A DNA stretch of 64,000 nucleotides. Origin: Bacteroidota bacterium (GTDB lineage: Bacteria > Bacteroidota > Bacteroidia > Chitinophagales > Chitinophagaceae). Within the stretch, counting starts at the first letter, position 1, and every line of letters starts with the position of its first letter. Below, piece by piece: positions 9,940-20,200 of the stretch. Location: contig JAEZGI010000044.1 in NCBI GenBank assembly GCA_023416995.1, forward strand, positions 5,964 through 69,963. The letters are read 5' to 3'. The notes under the pieces were generated by a model. That model saw only the letters and a program-made list of their open reading frames with translations, was not told where the DNA came from and searched no databases. The translations under genes were made by a program, and so were the position numbers.

Positions 9940-10707
9940 ATGAAAAGAATTCTGTTAGTCGTTATCAGCATCGCTTTTTTCGGAGTTCAACTTCGCGCTA
10001 CGCCAACAACAGTTACCGTTCGTGCACGTGCGAAAGATGCAAAATTTATTGGCACCGGTATGGGTGGGGCTTATGTTGTTATCAGGAACGTCCTGACGGG
10101 TGAGGTGGTCGCAAAAGGTATTACGAGTGGTAATTCAGGTGATACCCGGTTGCTGTTGCAGTTGCCTGTCAAAAGGCACCAGGCGCTCACTGATCAGGAA
10201 ACAGCTAAATTTGTGACAACTATTGACCTTGCTGAGCCGTTATATGTAGAGATTGAAGTTTCAGCCCCCGTCACCAGGAAAAATGCAACAGTTAAGGGTT
10301 CGGTGCAGATGTGGCTGATACCCGGAAAACATATCGGTGGTGATGGAGTGATTGTTGAGTTGCCAGGTTTAATAGTGGATCTGTTACAGCCTACAACTCA
10401 CCAGGTAATTCCGGTTGGTTCAGGACAGAATATCCAACTGGTGTTCAGGACAAGTGTTACAATGTTGTGCGGGTGTACCATTACCAAAGGAGGCACCTGG
10501 GACGCGGATGGCATTGAGGTGGGGGCTATTATAAAAAAGGATGGAAAAGAAATTGAGAAGATCAGTATGAGGTTAACAGATACCGCGAATATATTTGAAG
10601 GCGTTTTAAAATCTGCGTCAAAAGGTTTGTACCAGATTACGGTTTATGCGTTTCAACCTATTACAGGAAACACCGGTGTGGATCATACTAATTTTGTGAT
10701 ACAATGA
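9940..10707 (+). CDS. Secreted hypothetical protein, probably beta-sandwich (transthyretin/CarboxypepD_reg-like N-terminal part)
   Basis: 255 aa, starting 21 nt after the preceding gene. Sec signal peptide MKRILLVVISIAFFGVQLRA. The segment GGAYVVIRNVLTGEVVAKGITSGNSGDT resembles regulatory-like beta-sandwich domains. I recognise no catalytic motif. Confidence 0.5.
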   Translation: MKRILLVVISIAFFGVQLRATPTTVTVRARAKDAKFIGTGMGGAYVVIRNVLTGEVVAKGITSGNSGDTRLLLQLPVKRHQALTDQETAKFVTTIDLAEPLYVEIEVSAPVTRKNATVKGSVQMWLIPGKHIGGDGVIVELPGLIVDLLQPTTHQVIPVGSGQNIQLVFRTSVTMLCGCTITKGGTWDADGIEVGAIIKKDGKEIEKISMRLTDTANIFEGVLKSASKGLYQITVYAFQPITGNTGVDHTNFVIQ

Positions 10708-10808
10708 CGAACGGGATCCGAAGGAATCAATTACAGACAAGGAACCGGATTAAAACAAAGGTTTAAACACAATAGGAAATAATTTAACAGCAACTTAAAA
10801 ATTTGATC

Positions 10809-11192
10809 ATGAAAAAAATATTGTATTTCGTTGTATCGCTTTTCATATCGGGAGCCGCATTTACACAGGATAAAAAAGCAGTTTCAGCGGCTGAGTTTGA
10901 AAAAGCCATTGATGACGATAAGGGAACTCTTATCGACGTCAGGAGACCTGAAGAGTTTAAAGAAGGTCATATCAAGGGTGCCCTAAACGCTAACTGGCAG
11001 AATATCGAAGAGTTTAAATCTAAAACCGCAAAACTCGACAAAACCAAACCAGTATATCTTTATTGCCTGGCCGGTGTGAGGAGTGAGAAGGCTGCAGACT
11101 ATTTACTGAAAAGCGGATTTAAACAGGTTATAGGTTTAGACGGTGGCATTAAGGCATGGAAAGATGCGAAGAAGCCCTTAGTGAAACCATAA
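10809..11192 (+). CDS. Exported single-domain rhodanese (sulfurtransferase-like)
   Basis: MKKILYFVVSLFISGAAFTQ signal peptide. Rhodanese motifs LIDVRRPEEFKEGHIKGALN and the active-site loop YLYCLAGVRSEKAA (Cys in CxxGxRS). The ATG at 10809 is preferred over the TTG at 10803. Confidence 0.85.
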   Translation: MKKILYFVVSLFISGAAFTQDKKAVSAAEFEKAIDDDKGTLIDVRRPEEFKEGHIKGALNANWQNIEEFKSKTAKLDKTKPVYLYCLAGVRSEKAADYLLKSGFKQVIGLDGGIKAWKDAKKPLVKP

Positions 11193-11235
11193 TGTATAAT
11201 AAATACTGTCGGCCGATTTACCAACGAGAATCATT

Positions 11236-11859
11236 GTGAACATTTTTATTTCTTACGCTTTTAGTTTTTTGGGTTCGCTAACACCAGGTACGGTTAATCT
11301 GAGTGTGCTACAGTCCGGGCTCGATCACAAAGCATCGGTAGCTATACGCATGGCTGCGGCTGCGGCAATGGTTGAATACTTTTATGCATGGATCGCAGTC
11401 AGGTTCGAAATGCTTATCACCAGCAGTCCTTTGATTGTTTCCAATATGCAACTAATAACCGCTATTGTAATGACTACGCTGGGTATACTGACTATTGTGA
11501 ACTCATCGGGACCGGGTAAGCTGAAAGAGTCGTCGCAACCCAATGGTTTTGTTAAGGGATTGCTTTTAGGTATACTTAATCCACTTGCAATTCCATACTG
11601 GACGGGAGCGACTGCGTATTTCAAAAGCCAGGGCTGGATAGATCTTACAACTTCTTTTGGTTTGCATTCGTATTTGTTGGGTGTATCACTTGGGGTGTTT
11701 ACTTTGCTTGTGCTTGTTGCTTATGGTGCCAGGCGCCTGGCCAGGGTGATGCTGAACAGCAAATCGATTGTAAGAAAGATACCGGGATTTCTCCTGTTAG
11801 GACTGGGTTTATTTGCGTTTACAAAATATTTCATTGGAGTATACTCAGTGAGTGCCTGA
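11236..11859 (+). CDS. LysE/RhtB-family amino-acid or metabolite exporter
   Basis: 207 aa with about 6 TM helices. N-terminal FLGSLTPGTVNL and LLGILNPLAIPYW are typical of LysE-type translocators. GTG start. Confidence 0.7.
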   Translation: MNIFISYAFSFLGSLTPGTVNLSVLQSGLDHKASVAIRMAAAAAMVEYFYAWIAVRFEMLITSSPLIVSNMQLITAIVMTTLGILTIVNSSGPGKLKESSQPNGFVKGLLLGILNPLAIPYWTGATAYFKSQGWIDLTTSFGLHSYLLGVSLGVFTLLVLVAYGARRLARVMLNSKSIVRKIPGFLLLGLGLFAFTKYFIGVYSVSA

Positions 11860-11938
11860 TCGGGTGGTTCGCACGGGTGTTGCTCACTATAAGCCCCATA
11901 AAAAATCACCGTAGGCTTCAGGCAGTTGATCTGCCGGG

Positions 11939-13390
11939 ATGGAAATTATACAAATGTCTCAATCAACATATGACGCAGTAGTTGTCGGGTCCGGTCCAAA
12001 CGGGCTGGCTGCAGCAATACATTTACAACAGGCGGGCCTGTCGGTGTTGATCCTTGAGGCCAAAGACACACCGGGTGGTGGTATGCGAACCGCGGCGCTC
12101 ACTTTGCCGGGTTTCAGTCACGATATCTGTTCAGCCGTTCATCCCATGGCGGCCAACTCGCCTTTTTTCAGGTCGCTACCGCTGGAAGAACATGGGTTGG
12201 AATATATATATCCCGAAATCGCAGCAGCGCATCCCTTTGATGATGGTACTGCTGCGATACTGACTAAATCTATTACTGATACCGGTGCAAGCCTGGGGGA
12301 AGATGAAAAGAGTTATCAGCAATTGATGAGGTCTTTGGTGAACGATTGGCCCGAAATTGAAAATGATGTACTTGCTCCATTTCGTTTTCCGGCAAGTCCC
12401 CTTAAAATGGCCGCATTTGGAGCAAGGGCCATACAGCCTGCAATATTGCTTGCCAAACGTTTCCGTAATGATAAGTCCAGGGCGTTTTTTGCCGGTATGG
12501 CGGCACATTCAATTCTTCCGTTAAATCAACTGGCCACCTCTGCTATTGGATTAGTAATGTTAATCTCTGCCCATATAAAAGGCTGGCCTGTACCCAGAGG
12601 CGGTTCGCAAACGTTGGCAGACGCTCTTGTCCGTTATTTTAAAAGTATTGGTGGCGAGATACAAACAGGCGTTCATGTAAAATCGCTTTTGGAGCTGCCA
12701 CCGGCAAAGGCAGTATTGTTTGACTGTGGCCCAAAGCAGCTATTGGAAATCGCCGGTAAACAGTTCAGTGCATTGTACAGGGGCCAGTTGCGGCGATACA
12801 AATACGGGATGGGCGTATTCAAAGTGGACTGGGCGCTGAATGCTCCGATACCTTTTACAAATGAACAGTGTCGAAGTGCGGGAACCTTGCATCTCGGGGG
12901 TTCTTTTAAAGAATTGGTAGCATCGGAGCAAAGTGCATGGTCAGGAAAAGAATCTGAAAACCCGTTCGTGTTGCTTGCACAGCAGAGTGTGGTTGATACA
13001 TCAAGAGCACCGCAGGGGAAACATACTGCCTGGGCTTATTGCCATGTGCCAAATGGATCGTTGAAAGACATGACAGCCATCATCGAACGGCAGGTTGAAA
13101 GATTTGCACCGGGCTTTGGTGATACCATCATTGCCCGTCATACTTATAATACCGCGCAAATGGAAGCTTACAATCCAAACTATATTGGCGGCGACATCAA
13201 CGGTGGTGAGTTCAATATAGCACAGTTATTCACAAGACCTGCTTTGCGGCGTTCGCCCTATAAAACCCCGGCGAAAGGATTGTATATCTGTTCGGCTTCG
13301 ACCCCTCCGGGTGGAGGGGTTCATGGTATGTGTGGTTTTCATGCGGCCCGGCAGGTATTGAAAGACCTGAACGTCGCAAATTTCGGTTAA
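11939..13390 (+). CDS. NAD(P)/FAD-dependent oxidoreductase of the phytoene-desaturase (CrtI-like) family
   Basis: 483 aa. Dinucleotide fold YDAVVVGSGPNGLAAAIHLQQAGLSVLILEAKDTPGGGMRT. C-terminal GLYICSASTPPGGGVHGMCG is typical of this family. An alternative start is the ATG at 11954. Confidence 0.8.
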   Translation: MEIIQMSQSTYDAVVVGSGPNGLAAAIHLQQAGLSVLILEAKDTPGGGMRTAALTLPGFSHDICSAVHPMAANSPFFRSLPLEEHGLEYIYPEIAAAHPFDDGTAAILTKSITDTGASLGEDEKSYQQLMRSLVNDWPEIENDVLAPFRFPASPLKMAAFGARAIQPAILLAKRFRNDKSRAFFAGMAAHSILPLNQLATSAIGLVMLISAHIKGWPVPRGGSQTLADALVRYFKSIGGEIQTGVHVKSLLELPPAKAVLFDCGPKQLLEIAGKQFSALYRGQLRRYKYGMGVFKVDWALNAPIPFTNEQCRSAGTLHLGGSFKELVASEQSAWSGKESENPFVLLAQQSVVDTSRAPQGKHTAWAYCHVPNGSLKDMTAIIERQVERFAPGFGDTIIARHTYNTAQMEAYNPNYIGGDINGGEFNIAQLFTRPALRRSPYKTPAKGLYICSASTPPGGGVHGMCGFHAARQVLKDLNVANFG

Positions 13391-13439
13391 ACCAAGCCGT
13401 TATACCGATAACACACCGGTTAATCACTGGCAAAATCAA

Positions 13440-15062
13440 CTATTGAAACCCCGGTATTTGATAACCAACTGTACCATCTACCATCGTTAGAAATACCTTT
13501 GTTGCCATCAATTGTGGTGGTGGTATTGTAAAAATATCCTGCGACAATACAACCAGGTCAGCGAGTTTACCTTTTTCCAGAGTGCCTTTTTGTTTTTCTG
13601 CAAATTCAGCATATGCTGCGGTGCTGGTATATGCTATCACAGCTTCTTCGCATGAAAGATTTTCAACCGGCCGTATCATAGCCAGCATGATATTCAGGAA
13701 CGGGTTCAATGGTCCATCCGAGCCTATAGCTGTTGGAATCCCTGCCGCAACCAACGACTTAACAAGATTGAATTTTTTATCAGCATAGTCTTTTAAGAAA
13801 TGGATGCTGGTGTCCTGTGAAGGATGAACGGGATTCACTACTACCACAATACCTTTTGCAACGAGTTCTCTCAGGAGCTTTTTTGATATGCCGTCTCCAT
13901 GTTCTATTCTTACGCGCATATTTTTTGCAACAGATAACGGTAATCCGTTCATCGCCTGCAATAGCACATTTATCATTGAATCTCCTGAAATATGAAACAT
14001 CGGCTGATCGGACCGTGTTGCTGCGTCCGTAAGCATTTGTTTCAGTTCAGAAGTTGTGTGATAAGCAATTCCGCTCCAGCCAGGCGGTTCGTTATAACCC
14101 GCGGAATAATATGCATGTTTTTCGAGCGGGGTACCTTCTATCATCCACTTGGTTCCGCTGATGGTCATTAATGGCAGACCAGGCGGAGATTTCGGTTTTT
14201 TAACCGGTGGGATCAATAACTTCCCGTTTCTGTCCATATCTGCCCAGGCTATTGCTCTGAACCTGATCGGCAAACCAACTTTTTGCCACATCTCAGCATA
14301 GGTGTCCGGTGAAGCAAAAGTGCACATGTTTTGCAGTGACGTAACGCCATATTGCAAAGCCTCTTCTGCCAGTGTTTTGAGGGACCGTGCAAATGCCTCC
14401 TTATCTGTCAGTGTTTCGAGAACGGGTGAAAGATACTGTGTGTTGTCGTATATTCTACCGTCCAGCTCGTTGTTGGTTGTTACCCTGCCATAAAAGCCCG
14501 CTTTTATTTCTGGTGGATCATTCAGCAATTGCAGCGTCTTCAAAGCTGCACTGTTAAACACGCCGACATGACCCCAATACGACCACAAATGAATTGGATG
14601 ATCCGGCGCAAGTTCATCAAGGCTGAAGCGATTCAATGAAGTATCCATTATTGTTTCTGGCCCCAGGGAAGCGTGGATCCATGTGCCTTTTGGCAGGGTG
14701 CGGGCTACCCGGATGATGGAATCTTCCAAAACCGAACGCGCCGGGGATCCGGTGCCATCGGGGGAGAAGCTGATATATCTGCCGATATACAGCGGCACGT
14801 GATGCATATGCGCATCATTAAACCCCGGTACTACCGTTTTACCTTCAAGGTTAATGCGTTTTGTTGCGGGACCTGCGAGTGTTAGTATTTCTTTATTTGT
14901 ACCTGTCGCAGCAATGATATTTTTGGAAACCGCAAGCGCTTCAACATAAAGTTTTTTCTTATCCGATGTGAAAATTTTTCCATTGTAAAACACAAAGTCC
15001 GCCGGTTGTGCCTGGCAGTTATGACCTAAAATGAGGAGACAAAAAATTGAAAACAGTTTCAT
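13440..15062 (-). CDS. Exported metal-dependent amidohydrolase (Amidohydro_3-like)
   Basis: Signal peptide MKLFSIFCLLILGHNCQA (ATG at 15062 preferred over the upstream TTG at 15095). Metal motif VPGFNDAHMHH, plus later HGD and GSDGP motifs. Confidence 0.8.
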   Translation of the reverse strand: MKLFSIFCLLILGHNCQAQPADFVFYNGKIFTSDKKKLYVEALAVSKNIIAATGTNKEILTLAGPATKRINLEGKTVVPGFNDAHMHHVPLYIGRYISFSPDGTGSPARSVLEDSIIRVARTLPKGTWIHASLGPETIMDTSLNRFSLDELAPDHPIHLWSYWGHVGVFNSAALKTLQLLNDPPEIKAGFYGRVTTNNELDGRIYDNTQYLSPVLETLTDKEAFARSLKTLAEEALQYGVTSLQNMCTFASPDTYAEMWQKVGLPIRFRAIAWADMDRNGKLLIPPVKKPKSPPGLPLMTISGTKWMIEGTPLEKHAYYSAGYNEPPGWSGIAYHTTSELKQMLTDAATRSDQPMFHISGDSMINVLLQAMNGLPLSVAKNMRVRIEHGDGISKKLLRELVAKGIVVVVNPVHPSQDTSIHFLKDYADKKFNLVKSLVAAGIPTAIGSDGPLNPFLNIMLAMIRPVENLSCEEAVIAYTSTAAYAEFAEKQKGTLEKGKLADLVVLSQDIFTIPPPQLMATKVFLTMVDGTVGYQIPGFQ

Positions 15063-15280
15063 GTCAGAAAAATTTATAGTGGGGCTATAGCGCAATAAGA
15101 ATCCGGAAATATCAGCTTACGGTGGCACACAAGAAAATTACGGAAGTAAATTCATAAATAGAAAATCATAAAAAGCCGATTTGATTTCTCAACCGGGCCA
15201 TGCAGCATTTTCAATTTTTTCTTCTTAGTATTGCTGTTTGTTACACAACAAAACCGCTTCATTCCTAACAACTGCTGCCA

Positions 15281-15871
15281 TTGACCCAACGCGACCCAAA
15301 TATCGAAAAGGAGCTGCTGTTACAGGTTTCCCAGGGTGGGGACCAGGCGTTTTCCCGTTTGTTTCATCAATATCATCACCAGCTTGCAGCATATATTAAT
15401 CATCTTACAGGATCTGCCGACACCACGGAAGAGGTTGTACAGGATGTGTTTATGAAAATATGGGTCAACAGAATTGCACTTGCCGAAGTCACTGATTTCC
15501 GCGCCTGGCTGTTTGCTATTTCAAAAAATCATGCAATCAATTGCCTTAAAAAGATGGCGACCGAACGTTTGCAACAAAAGGAATGGTCCCGGTTGCAGGC
15601 GATAACAGGCGAAGGGGATAGCACGGGCAATGAATACCAGCATTTACTTATAGAAAAGGCGATTCAGCAGTTACCACCGCAACAAAAAAAGGTTTTTGTG
15701 CTGAGTAAAATCAACAGGCTCAAGTACGAAGAAATTGCAACCAGGCTGAATCTTTCAAGAGAAACTGTGAAATCATATATCGCTTTGGCAAAAACATCCA
15801 TCAATAAGTTTGTCAGCAGCAACTCCCCGTTTTTCATCACCTTGTACGTCATTACAAAAATTATTTTTTAA
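15281..15871 (+). CDS. ECF-type RNA polymerase sigma-70 family factor
   Basis: 196 aa. Region 2 (EEVVQDVFMKIWVNR..FRAWLFAISKNHAINCLKK) and region 4 HTH (QQKKVFVLSKINRLKYEEIATRLNLSRETVKSYI). TTG start, and no in-frame ATG nearby. Confidence 0.85.
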   Translation: MTQRDPNIEKELLLQVSQGGDQAFSRLFHQYHHQLAAYINHLTGSADTTEEVVQDVFMKIWVNRIALAEVTDFRAWLFAISKNHAINCLKKMATERLQQKEWSRLQAITGEGDSTGNEYQHLLIEKAIQQLPPQQKKVFVLSKINRLKYEEIATRLNLSRETVKSYIALAKTSINKFVSSNSPFFITLYVITKIIF

Positions 15872-15941
15872 TTTTTTTCCAATTCATTACCCCCTTTTTG
15901 CAGGTGACTGTGTCTTATAGCTGTAACGACGCTTTGACCGC

Positions 15942-17165
15942 ATGAATCAGACTAACCGTTTTCAATATCTTCTCGGCTGTATAAAGGCAGGCACTGCCAC
16001 GGAAGCAGAAACACAAGAATTTCTTGGGCTGCTTGAGCGTTCCGAAACAGACGAAACTTTGCGGGCCATATGGGAGGGGCTATCCGAAAAAACAGGTCCG
16101 CTTACCAAAGTCTCCCAACAACAGATCTTGCAGAATATCATGGCTGCTGAAAAGGATAATACATCTTCATCCGGTTCAGTACACCAATCCATTCCCTTAA
16201 ACAATCACTCCGGGACCAGAAAGCTGAAATATGCACTTGCCATTGCAGCCTCTTTCTTACTGGTATTATTTGCAGGCAACTATTTTCTATCTCCGAACAA
16301 ACAACGTGCGGTAACCGGCAATTTATCCGTCGATACCTATCAACATCACCCTGATGAGATAGTGCCAGGCAGCAATCGCGCAGAATTAGTGCTCGCAGAT
16401 GGGTCCACAGTGAACCTTGACAGCGTACAGAATGGTAACATCGCTATCCAGGGCGATGTGGATGTCAGAAACGTTAATGGACAAATCCTGTACATTCCTG
16501 TTGGTAAGCAACAAATCCCGGCCACGGCCTCCTTCAATACATTACGCACACCCAAAGGCGGCAGCTACCAGTTAACGCTGGCCGATGGTACTAAACTCTG
16601 GCTGAACGCCGCTTCTACACTTCGATATCCTGTGGCATTTAACGAAAAAGAACGCATTGTTGAGTTAAAGGGTGAAGCATACTTTGAAGTTGCTAAAGAT
16701 GTTTCAAGGCCCTTCCGTGTGCAGGTGAATGATATGACGGTGGAGGTAAAAGGAACGCACTTTAATATAATGGCTTATGATAACGAAGCCGCCGTTAAAA
16801 CCACATTGATTGAAGGATCGGTGGCCATCAGGGGTGAGGGATACAATACGCTACTTCGGCCAGGTCAGGAGGCAAAACTTACTCCGGATAATAAGCTGCA
16901 GGTATTTGACGGCGTTAATGTGGAACAGGTGATGGCCTGGAAAAACGGATACTTTCATTTTGATCGTGCAGGTCTTGAAGTGCTTATGCGCCAGATTGAA
17001 AGATGGTACGATGTGAACGTTGTGTACGAGGGAACCATCCAGCAAAGATCCTTTGGTGGAAAAATTTCGCGCAGCAGCAATATTAATGATGTCCTTAAAA
17101 TTCTTGAATTAAGTAAGGTTACATTCCGGATAGAAAACAAAACCATTATTGTAAGTAATAAATAG
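15942..17165 (+). CDS. FecR-family anti-sigma factor / transmembrane sensor
   Basis: 407 aa. N-terminal anti-sigma helix region, single TM (LKYALAIAASFLLVLFAGNYFL), FecR domain (LADGTKLWLNAASTLRYP..GEAYFEV..V.GTHFNI), and one C-terminal DUF4974/STN-like domain (FDRAGLEVLMRQIERWYDVNVVYEG). Confidence 0.9.
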   Translation: MNQTNRFQYLLGCIKAGTATEAETQEFLGLLERSETDETLRAIWEGLSEKTGPLTKVSQQQILQNIMAAEKDNTSSSGSVHQSIPLNNHSGTRKLKYALAIAASFLLVLFAGNYFLSPNKQRAVTGNLSVDTYQHHPDEIVPGSNRAELVLADGSTVNLDSVQNGNIAIQGDVDVRNVNGQILYIPVGKQQIPATASFNTLRTPKGGSYQLTLADGTKLWLNAASTLRYPVAFNEKERIVELKGEAYFEVAKDVSRPFRVQVNDMTVEVKGTHFNIMAYDNEAAVKTTLIEGSVAIRGEGYNTLLRPGQEAKLTPDNKLQVFDGVNVEQVMAWKNGYFHFDRAGLEVLMRQIERWYDVNVVYEGTIQQRSFGGKISRSSNINDVLKILELSKVTFRIENKTIIVSNK

Positions 17166-17182
17166 AATCCGTACACAAAAAA

Positions 17183-17264
17183 GCCGGCGTGTTGCGAGCA
17201 CGTCCGGCCTTGTACGGGTTCTTAACAATTGTTGTGAAACACATACTTCCGGCAAACCGGAAGT
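17183..17264 (+). promoter_or_regulatory. Two stem-loops in the FecR-SusC junction
   Basis: Hairpin A pairs gccggcgtg (17183-17191) with cacgtccggc (17199-17208), with one bulge. Hairpin B is a perfect 8 bp stem, acttccgg (17245-17252) / ccggaagt (17257-17264), with loop caaa. It ends 31 nt before the SusC ATG at 17296. Confidence 0.5.
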
Positions 17265-17295
17265 GTTATTGTCAAAATTAAACCCAAGTAAAGGT

Positions 17296-20200
17296 ATGCG
17301 ATTGAATCTTATTCGCAAACGGCTATGCTATCCCTGTGGCCGTGCGAACAAAACACTGCTTGTTATGAAGCTAACGGCCATGATTATGCTGGTAACCTGT
17401 TTACAGGTTAGTGCAACAGGATCATCCCAGGAGATTTCGCTTTCGGTTCGCAACGCGTCGCTCACACGCGTTTTTGATCTTATCGAAAAGCAAACAGACT
17501 ATGTTTTCTTTTTTGATTACTCATTGCTTGAAAAAAGCAAGAAAATCACTTTTAAGGCCACACGGACGCAGCTCCGCGAGGTACTTGATGCCTGTTTTCG
17601 TGATCAGCCACTAGGATACGATATTGTTGATAAAACCATTGTAATAAAAGAACGGGTCACCCGGGCGCAAACTGTTGCTCCTGAGCCCGAATTCGCGACT
17701 TATCGTGGTAAGGTGTTAAGTGAAGATGGAGAACCATTGTCAGGCGCTTCCGTAATTGTCAAAGGAACGGATAAAGGAACCCAAACTGATGCGGGTGGCA
17801 ACTTCACTATCGACGCCAATCCCAATGATGTGTTAGTAGCATCATTTATCAGTCACCTGCCTAAAGAAATTAAGCTGGGTTCAGATAACAGTTCACCGGT
17901 TGTGATTCGCCTCACCCGCGAAACGGAGAGTAGCAGCGAGGTTGTGGTGATCGCTTATGGACAGGTACGGAAAAAGGATCTTACCGGTTCTGTTTCACAG
18001 GTCAAATCAAAAGATATTACAGCTTATCCTTCCACCAACATTGTGCAGGCGTTAAACGGAAGAGCGACCGGTGTGCAGGTTTTACAAAACAATGGCACGC
18101 CGGGAAGTCCGGTCAGCGTACGTATTCGTGGGGTAAACTCTATACTTGGTGGTAATGAACCTCTTTATGTGGTTGACGGTTTCCCCTACAGTGGTAATCC
18201 AACCTTTCTTCAGAATGCAGATATAGAATCTGTAGAAATACTTAAAGACGCTTCATCAATCTCAATGTACGGATCGAGAGGTGCCAATGGTGTTGTGATG
18301 ATTACGACAAGAACCGGGAAAAAAGGCGATCGTTCAAATGTTAGTTTCGAAACTGGTTATTCTATCCAGTCTGTTACAAAAAAGATGAAACTGCTTACGC
18401 CGATCCAATATGCAGAATTGTATAATGAACAGGCGAAAAATGATAGACTTACGCCATACTTCACACCAGAAAAACTGGACTCAATACGTAGTGGTCCGGC
18501 TACTGACTGGCAGGACCTTGTGCTGAGAAACGCACCTATGTCTAATACAAGTCTCACGGTTAGTGGTGGCAATGAAAAAACGCGCTTCGCGATCTCTGCA
18601 GGTGCATTCCTCCAGGATGGGATCGTTCGGAACACCGATTTCAAAAGATTCTCATTACGTGGAAACGTCAATCATGATATCAGCAAGATTTTCAATGTTG
18701 CATTTAATACAACGCTGACCCGTATTACAAGACAACTGCAGGGTTCTCAACTTGGAAACCGCGGCAGTGATGTGTTTGCAGCCATGCTTATGGCACCGCC
18801 TACGCTTTCTCCATACCTTGAAGATGGTTCGTATCGTCGTTTGAACACTGCTTACCCGTTTATTTCAAATGCTATTATCAACCCGCTGGTAAACATCAAT
18901 GAAGTTGATGACAGGATAAAAGCTGACAGGGTGCTTTCGAATCTTGGATTTACGTTGAAACCGCTGGATGGATTAGCTATACGTATTTCCGGGGGCATAG
19001 AAAGCTCTAACGACAGGACAGATACCTATAGAAGTATTGAACCATCAACTAACTCAGTGGGGGTTGCTTATATAGGAACCTCTCAGTTGACGAACCTGTT
19101 GAATGAGAATATTGCTACTTACAATAAGGTATTTAATGAAAAGCACAGTCTTGGCGTAACTGCTGGTTTTGCTTACCAGGAGTCAACTTCCACTGCAGTA
19201 AGCGCCAGCGGCACAGGTTTTCTGAGTGACGTGACCGGTACAGGTAACATCGGTTCCGCTACCACACCGGGTATACCTGGCTCAGGTTATAGTAAAGATG
19301 CACTGGCATCCATCATTTCACGTATCAATTATGGTTTTGATGACAAATACCTGTTCACTGTCAGCTTCCGGAGAGATGGCTCTTCACGCTATTCCGCAGG
19401 AAACAAATGGGAGAACTTTCCTTCTGCAGCAGTGGCATGGCGCGCATCCAAAGAAAACTTCCTCGTTAATTCAAGAACTATTTCCGATCTGAAGCTGAGG
19501 GCCAGTTATGGTAAAACCGGTAGCAACTCGCTAAGCCCATACCAGACACTCAACCAGCTTACCAGTTTTAATACCATATTCGGAGATGCATTGACCATTG
19601 CTTACGCGCCCGGAAGTACGCTTCCCGGAAATCTGAAATGGGAAACAACAAATCAATTGGATATTGGTGTAGATGTGGGATTGTTTAACGACCGTCTTCG
19701 TTTTACAGCAGACTACTATATCAAAAAAACCAGCAATCTCCTGAACCGCGTACAATTACCGACATCAACAGGTTATACCACAACTGTTCAGAATGTTGGT
19801 GAGATTGAAAACAAAGGATTTGAATTCGGGCTGGAAACTGATGTGTACAGAAGTAAAGATCTTAGCTGGAACATCGGTGCCAATATTTCTTTCAACAGAA
19901 ATAAAGTGCTCAAGTTGTATAACAACCAGGATATTTTCGGAGAAGCCATTTATACGGGATCATTAACGGATTATGTAAACCTGTTGCGTCCGGGTCAACC
20001 AATCGGTATTTTTCATGGTTATGTAGAAACGGGATATACTGCAAACGGTAACATACAATATCTGGATAAAAACGGAGATGGAGCATTGACTGTATTGGAT
20101 AAAGATTATATAGGTGATCCAAACCCTGATTTTATCTATGGTTTCAACTCTGTTACCCGGTACAAAGGATTCGAGTTTACTTTATTTATCCAGGGTTCTC

